Assembly (NCBI RefSeq): GCF_018350175.1
Contig: NC_058368.1
Span: 192,884,001-192,948,000 of the forward strand
Direction of reading: 5' to 3'
DNA length: 64,000 bases
From: Felis catus
Lineage: Eukaryota
Position numbers and translations under genes: made by a program
Shown: positions 24,211 through 35,812 of the stretch, one piece after another
How the letters are laid out: each line of letters starts with the position of its first letter
How positions within the stretch are numbered: position 1 is the first letter of the stretch
Notes under the pieces: generated by a model
What the model saw: only the letters and a program-made list of their open reading frames with translations
Database searches by the model: none
What the model was told of the DNA's origin: nothing

Positions 24211-24756
24211 TAGAAGCCAGCAGAAGGCCCCCACCTCACCCTGAGCTCCACCGCTATGCTTGGAAACCCAACTCCTCTGAGCCAAAGCTGAGCACTTCCT
24301 CCTTGGATGAGACTTCCTTCCCCTCTTCAAGGGCACTGACTCGGTCTCCAGGCCCCTTGCCACCTCCATACTTTGAATGTCACTTTTAGGAATGGTGGCC
24401 ACATAATTGAGCACCTACTATGTGCCAGACACCGTGCTAGGGGTGCCACATGTATGACCGCAAATGTTCACAAACCCAAAATTATTAGTTCCATTTTGCA
24501 GATGACAAAAGTGAGGCACAGGATAGTTAAGCGACTTGCAAAGGTCTAGGTGACTTGAAAATCTGTAATCGGTTGGGTTTGCAAAGACAATAACAGTGAA
24601 TACCAATGACAGTGGATCCGAGCCCCTGAATTTGAATCGATGCTCTCACTCTTCTTTGTTACCAGGAGGGTTGCTTTTATCTCTCTCTAAGCCTTAGTTT
24701 TTCTTCGTGTAAAATGGAGGCTGTAATCATCATCATCATACCCACTTCTTCATATT

Positions 24757-25222
24757 TGTGGTGAGCAGAATAACGGTCCCCCAATTTCTAGAACCTGGGA
24801 GTATGGTACCTGACATGGCAAAAGGGATTTTGCAGATGTGATTAAGTTAAGGCTTTTGACCTGGGGAGATTATCCTGGATTATCTGGGTGGGCTCAATAT
24901 AATTGTAAGGGTTCTTATAGGAGGGAGGCAGGAGTCTCAGAGTCAGAGAGAGCACTGGAGAGAGATTTAAAAAGGCTAAGGGGTTCGTTTCGAAGATAGA
25001 GGAAGAGGCCATGAGCCAAGAAATACAGACAGTCTCTAGAAGCTGGAAAAGACAAGGAAACAGAGTCTCTTCTAAAGCTGCTAGAATGAATACAGCGCTT
25101 CTGACCCCTTGATTTTAGCTCAGTGAAGCCCGTGTCAGATTTCTGCCATCCAGAACTGTATCATGTGTTTTAAACCACTAAATGTGTGGTAGTTTGTTAC
25201 CACAGCAACAGGGAACTAATAA
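24757..25222 (+). mobile_element. MaLR LTR (MLT1C/D-like)
   Basis: tgtggtgagcagaataacggtcccc...ttttgcagatgtgattaagttaagg...gtttgttaccacagcaacagggaactaat. Confidence 0.85.
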
Positions 25223-25251
25223 GGGATTGGGACTTTAAAAATATCAGTAGG

Positions 25252-25475
25252 GGGGCGCCTGGGTGGCGCAGTCGGTTAAGCGTCCGACTTCAGCCAGGTC
25301 ACGATCTCGCGGTCCGGGAGTTCGAGCCCCGCGTCGGGCTCTGGGCTGATGGCTCAGAGCCTGGAGCCTGTTTCTGATTCTGTGTCTCCCTCTCTCTCTG
25401 CCCCTGCCCCGTTCATGCTCTGTCTCTCTCTGTCCCAAAAATAAATAAACGTTGAAAAAAAAAAATTAAAAAAAA
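25252..25475 (+). mobile_element. Young SINEC_Fc-type Can-SINE
   Basis: CpGs largely intact (ggcgcagtcggttaagcgtccgac...gttcgagccccgcgtcggg). Perfect 15-bp TSD aaaaatatcagtagg at 25237-25251 and 25476-25490. Confidence 0.95.
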
Positions 25476-25488
25476 AAAAATATCAGTA

Positions 25489-25654
25489 GGAGTGCCTGGG
25501 TGGTTTAGTCCATTGAGTGTCTGACTTTGGCTCAAGTCATGATCTCATGACTTATAGGTTCGAGCCCTGCATCAGGCTCTGTGCTGACAGCTCAGAGCCT
25601 GGAGCCTGCTTCAGATTCTGTGTCTCCCTTTCTCTTTGCCCCTCCTCCCCTCAT

Positions 25655-25691
<37 letters not shown>

Positions 25692-25725
25692 AATAACGAA
25701 CATTAAAATTTTTTTTAAAAAAATA
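25489..25725 (+). mobile_element. Older Can-SINE directly downstream of the young copy
   Basis: CpG-decayed head gtgcctgggtggtttagtcc, (CT)n, A/T tail. Confidence 0.9.
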
Positions 25726-26066
25726 AGTAAAACACCAGGCACATTGAGTTGGTTATACAAAAGTTCACAGCAGATACTGCCTCCTGGTTTTACTGTGAGG
25801 TTCTTAATATCTTACACAACTTTGCATTCCAAACATAATTTGTTATAACACTTGGTACATTGTAAGCACTTTCAATATTTAGTGGATGAATGATAATTTC
25901 ATTCACTAAACAAAGGGGAGGGGGCAATCCTGGAAATAGTGGTAAAGACTAGAGGTATGCATACGAAGTCTAAGAGGTGATTAAATTTCCCTTAAGTTAA
26001 GGCATTGATGGGTCTGGTTAAGACCCTAATGATTTGTCCTCTGTATAGAATGACGTATTACCTATT

Positions 26067-26268
26067 GGGGCACCTGGGTGGCTCAGTTGGTTGGGCGTCC
26101 GACTTTGACTCAGGTCATGATCTCGCAGTTTGCGGGTTTGAGCCCTATATAGGGCTCTGTGCTGACAGCTCAGAACCTGGAGCCTGCTTCGGATTCTGCG
26201 TCTCCCTCTCTCTGTCCCTCCCCCACTCATGCTCTGTCTCTCAAAAATAAATAAATGTAAAAAAAAAT
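26067..26268 (+). mobile_element. Can-SINE
   Basis: ggggcacctgggtggctcag...aaaaataaataaatg, with agaatgac..tatta flanks. Confidence 0.92.
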
Positions 26269-26399
26269 TGAAGAATGACCTATTATACAATTAACAGTGT
26301 TTACCAAGGACTTTACTAGGTATACCTTCATACAGAGAAGAGCACAGCTCAAGACTTACCTTCTATAGGGAGGTCTTCTGTCCCCACTCCAGTACATCG

Positions 26400-27016
26400 T
26401 GATGGGTATTTGTTGGAACTCTTGGTTACAGGCAGTAGCAATTCAAATCAAATGTATCTGAGAAATACATACATACATGCATGCAGTAACCACAAATTTA
26501 AAAACCACCTGAATTTGTTGGCTAGTGTAACTAACAGACCACCTCTAGCTGTAGGTCTAACTTCAGGTACTGTTGTTGGATCCAGGCATTTGAATGATGT
26601 CATCAGGATTTGTTCTCACCCTTCCTGAGCTTTGCTTTCGTCTGTGTTGACTTCATTTTAAGGCATGTTCTGCCCACGTGGCAGATCTCAGGCTTGGGGT
26701 GTTACCAGGTTAGCAATCTCCAGGAAAAGAGCATCTCTTTCACAACAAATGTAGCAAAAGTCTTGAGACGGATTCTGATTGGTCCAACTTGAATCAGATG
26801 CCTGTTCTTGAACCAATTACTTTAGCCGGGGAGCTGGAACACCTACCTCATGGTTAGACGTGGGTCATGGGCCGAACATGGAGATAAGACGATCTCAGGA
26901 TTGTGAGGACGATCTCAGTCCTCACATGGACTGAGAGTAGGGGAGGAGTGGTCCCCAAATGGAAATGGAGGAAGCATTACCGGAGAAAGGGAGTGGGCCA
27001 GGCAGGCACAAACTAC
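26400..27016. mobile_element. Old MaLR LTR relic (MLT1J/K-like)
   Basis: ttcaggtac...ggatccaggcatttgaatgatgtcatcagg...ctgattggtccaacttg...aaccaattact. Confidence 0.55.
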
Positions 27017-30000
27017 AGAATTTTCTTGCCCCAGATCACTTAGAGTAGGATGCAGAAATAGTACTAGAATCCAGCCTCTTGAATCACCCCAAAGTCTGGT
27101 TCCTCAGTCAAATGGGCTGCAGTGTGAGGGCTGGATCTGCAAATAAAACTCTCAGGCCTCCTGGGATTTCCTGGAAAAATAACGAGGAGTATGAGGGTGG
27201 AGGGTTGGCAGAAATAGACACTTCCTGTTCATACAAGAGGCTCAGACTCTCAGAATTGGAAGGCCACCAAGTCTGACTTCTCCATTCCCTTCACAACATC
27301 CTCTCCAGGTGGCTGGCAGCCTCTGTGTGTACTGCCAGGGACAGGAAACACACTCCTATTCTGAGACAGTCATTTTGTGATACCTCTGACCATCAAAAAT
27401 AAATATCCCTATTTAGAGTCCAAATCTTCTTCCTGTAGCTTCCACCTCCTTACCCTGGGAATCACAGAGGATAAGTCAAACTCCTTTGGAATGGCCCAGA
27501 ATAAAAGTGCACCGAGACTGAGAGTCAGAAGAATATGGTTCTGATACAGGCTCTCTGCCAGGAGAGCAAAGAAAATGCGACGAAACGCAAGCACGAATGT
27601 GAAAGTGCTTTATATGTCACAGATCATCATCTTCATTATCATCATCACCATCATCACCATCATCTGTCAGGCACTTAAATGTCAGACACCGTTCTGAAGG
27701 TATTACCTAATTTTATCCTTATAATAAACATTTGCGATAAATTCTCTTATCATTCCCATTACACAGAAAACTGATGGCACTTGAGCTTAGGCCCCATGGT
27801 TAATTTAAGTGGCAGAGCTGGGACTGGAAGCCATCTGGCTCATTCCCACATATGTGTCCTTGTCCAACACATTACCTATAAAAACGATGCAACAGTGGGC
27901 ATTGCTTTAATTGATTGTTTCAGCCTAATGGCTCTTGAACTGGTGGGTACATTTGGTTCTTCAGTCTTTTCTAAGGTTGTTGAGTGGTTCTTGGCTTCCC
28001 CGATCTCTTTGTGGGACAGGGAGAGTAGCTGAATGTGCCAGAATCAGCCAACAGTCAGCCCTCTAGCCAAGGGCAAGTTTCCTGTGGATGATGTTTTCCC
28101 AAACAAGTCCTTCCCTCTTCCCTGGTGCAGAGATTAAATAACCCACAGGCAGCTCTCCAGACAGAGAGAAAAATGAAAGAGAAAGCAGTGCGTATGTTAC
28201 AAGAACATAAAAAGGACCAGACTCTGTTTACTCAGATTGGGAAACAGATCCCAGGAACAATGTGTCTGCTCCAGTGTAATTATCTTGAAAGTGGTCGGCA
28301 TTTTACTCAGTTCTGAAACTCATAAAGAGGCTTCAAAGAGATGGGCACTCTGGGGACTCTTTTATCAAAAGAGACCTAAGAGGTAAGGTTTCTAGATCAA
28401 ATTCAGCCCTTAACTGAATCAGCAAAACTGAAAAAAAAAAAAAAATTAAAAAGGGAATTTTATGAAACAGCAGGAAAATGTTTTGGATATGCAGATTGAA
28501 AAGAAAGGGTAGAAACTGACCCCGATACCTGGCTGAATCTTTCCACACGGCTGGCTGGTGTTAGTGAGAGTGGAAAGAAAGGAAGTTCTTGCAATTATAA
28601 ACCCCTAGCTTGGACGAAACATAGAGCTTCCATCTGTTCTATTTTTTTTTTCACCTAATTTACTTACATTTAATTCAACTCATCCATTCATTCATTTTTC
28701 AGTAAATAGCTGAAGTGCTTACTGTGCTCCAGGAAGATGCAATGGAGAACACAACGTCCTTCCTTCAAGGAACTTACTATCCCCAAGTCTGTCCCAGAGT
28801 AGGAGGCTCAAGCATCTATGTGCCCTTCTGAGCAGGAAGAGTCTATTTCCCAGCATCCCTGCCCCCATATGCCTCTTGGTTTTTCTGGGAAGACTCATGG
28901 GGCTTAATAGATTTGTTAACAGAGTCAACCTTCACATTCCAGTCTGTTTGACTTTAGAACTGGATTAGCTTAGAATTCAGGAGGCTGGATTCTAGTTCCG
29001 TTTCTGAGTCCTATTCTGTGTGTGATTTTTGGAAAGAAAAATTCTATTCGTACCGGAAGAAAACTGAGCCTCCAGGAAGACTTTTCTCCTCTTGTTCCCC
29101 AGTCCCCATGTTATGTTTAAATCTTGGCCCTCCCACTCACAAGCTGTGTGCCCCTGAGCCAGTTGTCTAACCACTCTGTTCTTAGTTTTACTGTATGTAA
29201 AATAGGACTGTGGGAGTTTTTGTTAAGAAAAATGTATGTGAAGTGCTTGCAATAGTTCCTGTTTTATAATAAACACTCAATAGACTTTATTCTTATTAGA
29301 GCACTGTGGACCATCTTTTCATAGTATTGATCACTATGTGTTATTATATAGTTAAGTGGCTATTAGATTTACTTCTGCCTCCCAATTAGACTGTAAACTC
29401 CATAAGGGCTGTTTTATCTACTGCCATGTTTCCAATGTCCAGTTCACTGACTGGCATACAAAAGGAGCTCAATAAATATTTGTTTAATCGGTTAATGAAT
29501 GAATGAATTTCTTCCCAAATCCATCTCGGCTTGCAGAGTAAAGAATCTGAAGAACTGCCAGAGCATCTGTTCCCAGAGGTTTTCTCAAAGATGCTCCGAC
29601 AGCTGTTTGTGCTAGAAGCCACCATAAAAGGCATTTTTAAAAGTGAGAGGGAGAGAATAGTGGTAACGAGGAGATCTATGGCCCAGCTGGGATCCTGGCC
29701 TTGTGACTGCAGCGAGACTCAGGGGAGGGAAGGGGGGAGGTGGGAAGGTAGACACAGGGGCTGAAGAAAGGAAGACAGAGGCATTATTTTGAATCAGAGT
29801 TGGAGAGATACTCAGAAAGAGAGACTCATCGAGGCAGAAAGAGTCATTGAGAAGAAAGGTGTTCCGTGGTTGACAGAGACAAAGGCAGAGTGGGAAAAGG
29901 GAAGGAAGGAAGACAAGTGTTTGAACTGGCAGCTAATTCTCCAAATCCTTGAGGGTTTTTGAGAGCTAGAGAGTAATTCAGGCTTCAGCCTTGGCTGGTT

Positions 30001-30264
30001 GATTTATGACCAGTGAGAGTTGGACCACACTGGAGCTAAGCACATTAGGCAGCTGTGTGGCTTGGAGCTTCTTGAAGCCAAGCCTGGGACTTCCCTGGAG
30101 AGCAGGACGGTGAGCAGATCAAAGGGTAGAGGGACTGTCTGCTCTAATGGGATATGAACTCTCAGTCAGGGAAATCATGGTACAAAAGACTTAGAAAGCC
30201 TCGGTCATCACGCTCACTTCTAATTGGGAGCACACAAGAAGTTTTGACTCAGAAGACTGATCTT

Positions 30265-30454
30265 GCCTCCTTTCCTGCCTCCCCACTTTCCCCACCTCCC
30301 CTCCCTCTGCTCCTCACTTCCTTCCTTCCTCTCTTTCTCCCTTCCTTCCTTCCTCCCCTCTTCCCCCTATCCCTCCCTCCTCTCCTCCCCTACTCCCTTC
30401 CTTCCTTCCTTCCTTCCTTCCTTCCTTCCTCCCTCCCTCCCTTCCTTCCTTCCT
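30265..30454. repeat. Polypyrimidine / (CCTT)n low-complexity tract
   Basis: Direct reading. Confidence 0.92.
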
Positions 30455-30615
30455 GATTTATTGAGCATTCAGAATGTACAAGGCCACCAGGAATGCAGAG
30501 ATTAAATAAGACATGATCCTCAACTTTTAAAGAGCTCTCAGTGGTGTAGCATAAAGAGAAGAAAAACAGGAAATGGAATAATAGGTACAGTATGGTACCA
30601 TTTATATAAATTCAA

Positions 30616-30830
30616 TTTTTTAATTTTTTTAATGTTTATTTATTCTTGACAGAGAGAAACATAGAGTATGAGCAGGGGAAAGGCAAAGAGGGAGGGAGAC
30701 ACAGAATCTGAAGCAGGCTCTAGGCTCTAAGCTGTTAGCACAGACCCTAACACGGGGCTCGAACTCACAAACCATGATATGACCTGAGCCAAAGTCGGAT
30801 GCCCAACCGACTGAGCCACCCAGGTGCCCT
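30616..30830 (-). mobile_element. Can-SINE
   Basis: Reverse-complement SINE with TSD tatataaattcaa at 30603-30615 and 30832-30844. Confidence 0.93.
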
Positions 30831-32303
30831 ATATATAAATTCAAGTTTTAATTTTTATTTGTTCATGATACATGTACTTATAAATATCTAATGAATTAGG
30901 CAGAAATAGTCTAAATTTGTGACCGAGGCTGTTGGGGGATGATGTGGGGAGGAAATGAAATCTGAAATGACAAAGCAAGGGGGTTTCATCTCTAGATGAG
31001 CAACATGTTGCTTATTTTATTTTTAAGAAATTGAAAAAAATAGACAAATTGTTTTTGAACGGTCATTTTACATGGTGGGTATTTGGCTATTTGGTACATG
31101 CTATTCCTCTGAACTTTCCCAGAATTAAAGGAAAAGCTCAAGAAATTGAAAAACTGATCATAATTCATCAAGACAAGTCACTTTTATGCTTCTCTTCTTC
31201 CACATTAGCCCCAGGAGATGGAGGCAAGAGAAATGATCAGAGGCGTCTTCTGTCTCCCCCAGTCCATCTACCCTGCAGTCCATATTTTCAGGAATGAATT
31301 CCCCAGGGTTAAATCAAATAAGCTACTGCATGCTAAGTATGATAAAACAATCCCTTTTCTATGAAATACATGCACCTTCCAGAGCGTTCCAGAAGTCAGG
31401 AACTTGGTAGTTCAGGCAGGAAGGGGGTGGCGTTTGGGAGCCAAAGTGACCAGAATCCTTTGAGTATCTGTGGAAAGGAGGCACTGGCCATTTATGGTCT
31501 CTCTCTCCTAAGAAACCCTAATTTGTAGGCAGGTGATGGTGAAGAAAGCCCAGGCTTTGGAGCCAGACAGACTCAGGATAGGGGCTCCTTAGAAGCTGTG
31601 TGACCTCAGGGAAATTATTAAGTCTCTGAACTTGAGTTCCCTCATCTGTAAAGTGGGGACAATAAGGCTTCCCGGGGTTGTTGTGATATTTAAACGACCC
31701 CGTAGAAGTTTAGTGTCCAGCAAGCACAACATGGTACCCAGAAAACAATGGATTCTTTGCGCATATTAATCTCTTCTTTCTGAGGGGTAGGTGTTCTTTG
31801 TGTGACATCTGGAATATGGCTCCAAGAGCCAACTTCGTAAATGGGTGCGGTTGCCAGGACTTCTGTCTTAAAAATCTTCCTTCGTGGAGAGAACAGCATT
31901 GTAAGTGGCAAAGATGGTGGAGACACTGAGCCTAAGTTAAGTCCTGGGTCCAGGAGGAGGCAAGACCCCCAGAATCAGAGAGCAACAGACCTGGAAGAGA
32001 CAATGCCGGTCCTCAGGCCACTAGTTCCCAAACCTCACCTCACATCACCTGGGAAGTTTGCAAGCCACTCAGTCTTGAGTCTCAGATCGGAAGAGCTGAC
32101 ATTGGGACTCAGGAATCCCTTTTTCTGGGAAAGCTCTCCCTAAAGTGCAAATTAAAATAATGACATGCCATTTTTAATTCAACGCATGGCAAAATAGAGT
32201 TCGACAATGTCAAATGCCCAAAGAGGGTGTGGGGAAATGTGTGCTCTCAACCATGGCAGGTGGGTGCAGCCACTTTGGAGGGCAGTTAAAATTGTGTGGG
32301 AGT

Positions 32304-32809
32304 GGGGTGCCTGGTTGGCTCAACAGGTGACTCTTGATCTTAGGGTCATGAATTTAAGCCCCATGTTGGGTGTGGATCCTACCTAAAAAAAAAAAAATTT
32401 GTTTTAAATGTTTATTTGTTATTTTTGAGAGACAGAGAGAGAGAGAGGGAGAGGGAGAGGGAGAGAGAGAGAGAGAGAGAGAATGCACATGTTGGGGGGG
32501 AGGGGCAGAGAGGTAGGGAGACTGAGGATCTGAAGCAGGCTCTGTGCTGACGGCAGTGAGCCCAATGCGGAGTTCGAACTCATGAACCGTGAGATCGTGA
32601 CCTGAGCTGAAGTTTGACACTCAACCGACTGAGCCACCCAGGCGTCCCCAATATTTTCCAACATTTTAAAACTCTTGGTTTCAGATCAGGACATGGTCTC
32701 ACGGCTCGTGGGTTCTAGCCCTGAGCTGGGCTCTGTGCTGACAGGGAGGAGCCTGCTTGGCATTCTCTCTCTCCTGGGGTGTCTCTGCCCCTCCCGCACT
32801 TGCTTGCTC

Positions 32810-32845
<36 letters not shown>

Positions 32846-32883
32846 AAAAATAAATAAATAAATAAAACCTTAAAAATGTTTTA
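32304..32883. mobile_element. Composite of three SINE segments: short + SINE (~32304-32397), - SINE (~32398-32649), headless + SINE (~32671-32880)
   Basis: Recognisable SINE heads and tails. The whole block is bounded by aaaattgtgtggga at 32288-32301 and 32884-32897. Confidence 0.85.
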
Positions 32884-33856
32884 AAAATTGTGTGGGATAG
32901 TGGGGGATGGAGAAGCACAGAGCCAGGCTGACTGGAGTGCTGGTCCCAGCTCTGTCACTTCCCAGCTCTGTGACCTTGGAGATACTCTTCAACTTCTCTG
33001 ACCCTGAAGCTCTTCACCTGTAAAATGGGACTGCTATGGCTTGTTGAAGAGGCTGTGAAGTTGAAAGCTGGACGCTAAAGTGCTCTGCAGGCATCAGAGG
33101 GATCTGAGATGCGTATGAATGAATATGTGTATGTTGTGTGTGGTTGGTTTGTGGGCATGTAGATAAGAATGTATGTGTAGGAGGTGGCCATGCAGGGTGT
33201 GTGTGTTTATATGCCTATGTGTTGTGTCTGGCTGTGGGTTAATGTGTGAGAAAGAGGGAGGGGGGGTGGGAGGCAGGGAAAGGAACTAGTAAGAAAGGAA
33301 AGGCTGTAGGAAGGAAATTAGGAAGGAAAGAGGGAAAGAGGGAAATGAGACAGCACAAGACCAGATCTTGCTGTTCTTTCCGGAAGCCTCTGCCAGCTCC
33401 AGGAATGCAGACTGGAATTGGTTCAGAAACCTCAGGGACTCTCTCTGGAGCCAGTCCATCCGCTGGCTTCTCTGTCCCAGAATCACCTCTCAGCACTTGG
33501 AGACGTTTTCTGGCAACCTGGCCTTCCAACGGTAAACTGGCCTTCCAAAGGCTCAGTCACTGGATGCCTTGCCTCATGGACACCTGACCACCAGGGGTAC
33601 CTCCAAAGCCATGGTGGCTGGCTCCCTCCACAATTTCCATGGCAGACCTGTGTTCCTAAGATGTAGGGTACCCATGGCCCTCTGTCTGGAAGGTTGTACA
33701 GGGCTCTGGGCATGTCTGGCCCCTCTGATTATTCAAGCTGGCCTCAGATATCCCCTCCTTGGAGAAGTTTCCTCTGTCCTGCCCGTCTACAGCAATACTG
33801 CTCTCTTCCCTGTGTTGTTCCATTAAATATTTTACTTCACTTTTAGTTGTGGAAAA

Positions 33857-33899
<43 letters not shown>

Positions 33900-34109
33900 G
33901 CACACAAAGCACACAAAGCACATAGAACATAGGCATACAGCATGGTGGGGGATCATAAACCAAACACCCACATAGCCATCCCTCCACATTAAGAAATAAA
34001 ATATAGCCTGTACCCTAGAAAGAAGCTCTCTTCCGTCCCTAAGTGGCTTCTCCCAGGTGTAATCCTCCCTTCTTCCTAAGGCAACCACTACCTCGACCTT
34101 TGCTAATCA

Positions 34110-34640
34110 TGTCTGTATGGATTAATAAGCCATCATCTCCCTGCATCAAGCCCAGCGTGTTTGTTAACCTCTACCAAGGTTGGGACCCTGCAAGCCACCT
34201 CTCTCCTCTAGAACTAGCTGCTTCTCTGATGCTGCCAATAGGGGGCCCTAGGGAGAGACAGCAAAGCCTGGAGGAGGCAGAAAGGAGGACTTGATTTGTC
34301 CTGGTCGCTTTCTGCACTTGTCAGCTTCACCACAGCAAGGCATTGTGTTTCAGTAGGAGGAGCTGATTCCAAGGCTCCCAGAAACAATCTCATGATGCCC
34401 CTTTGGAGACACGGGCACTTGCCAGTTGGCCAGCATCTCCCTCAGAGGGGCCGGTCCAGCTCCAAGACTCTAAGTTTTCATCACTCCAACCTCTTTTCTC
34501 TGGTCTCCCAGATGCTTCTTCCTGCAGTCACCACCTCCGTGAACAGCTTTTCCCTTTTCAGTTCTTGAATATCTGATGGACAATTCTTCACATTCTCTCT
34601 GTTAAAATACCTGTGCAGGGTCTTCTCTCTCATGAGCAGA
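34110..34640. mobile_element. Probable old LTR relic interrupting the L1M
   Basis: GC-richer block between two collinear L1M segments, LTR33-like by appearance only. Confidence 0.35.
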
Positions 34641-35390
34641 CCCCAACTGACACGATTTCTTTGCATTAAAAAAAAAAGAAAACAAACTTTTACTACCTAA
34701 GGATGTATCTCTAAACACTGAAATGCGGTTTTTGTCTAATATTAAACTTCAGCTAAACAGAATCACTCAGAATGCCCTCTTTGGTGTCCGGAAGCTTCCT
34801 CATTCAACATGTTTGTGGCACGTGTTGTGTCATGGCTTGTCTGTTCCCACTGCTGTGTAATATTCCATTGCATGAACATGTCATAGCTTATTTATCCACT
34901 CTTCTCTTGATAGATATCTGGATTGTTTCCAGTTTCTGGCTTTTAAAAATAATACATACTACAATAAATATTCTTATTTAGATTTATTGGTGTAACTACA
35001 TACAAATTTCTGTTACACATATATTTAGGACAGAAATCACCAGAACTTTCTTTTTCTGGTGAATAATGGAGTTGGGAAACTTCTCTTATGTTTCTTGGTC
35101 ACTCCGATAACCTCTTGTGCGAGATTTCTGTTCAAGGCTCATGTCTTCTTTTCTACTGAATTGCCTTTTATTTATGGATTTGTAGCAGTTCTTTATATAT
35201 TCAGAATATGACCCGTTGGTCAGTTACAGTTTTTGCAGATACCTTATCCTTTGTGCAAGGCTTGCCTTTTCACTTTCTCAATGATATGATTATCATAAAA
35301 AGAGGTTCTACATTTTAATGTAGTCAAATTTGTATCTTTCTTCCCCTTTATGATTAGCACTTTTTTATACTACTTAAAAAAATTTCTCCT

Positions 35391-35612
35391 GGGGTGCCTG
35401 GGTGGCTCAGTCAGTTCGGCGTCCGACTCTTGATTTTGGCTCAAGTCATGATCTCACGGTTCTTGGGATCAAGCCCCATGACTGGCTCTGTGCTGTCAGT
35501 GTGGATCCTGCTTGGGATTCTCTCTCCCTCTCTCTCTGCCCCTCCCTGGATCTCTCTCCAAAATAAATAAAGCTTAAATTTTTTTTCTAATTTTTTAAGT
35601 TTTATTTTATAT

Positions 35613-35649
<37 letters not shown>

Positions 35650-35812
35650 CACAATCAAGGGAGGGGCAGAGAAATAGAGACAGAATACAAGGCAGTCTCC
35701 AGGCTCTGAGCTGTCAGCATAGAGCCCGATGTGGGCTCCAGCCCAGGAGTAGTGAGATCATGACCTGAGCCAAAGTCAGATGCCCAACTGACTGAGCCCC
35801 CCAGGCGACCCC
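35391..35812. mobile_element. Inverted Can-SINE pair (+ 35391-~35580; - ~35581-35812)
   Basis: Two full SINEs tail to tail. Outer TSD aatttctcct at 35381-35390 and 35829-35838. Confidence 0.92.

Noticed and set aside
25252..25340. tRNA gene (A-box/B-box-like sequence, gttcgagccc)
   Set aside because: tRNA-derived head of a Can-SINE, followed by SINE body, polyA and TSD. The same applies to the other SINE heads.
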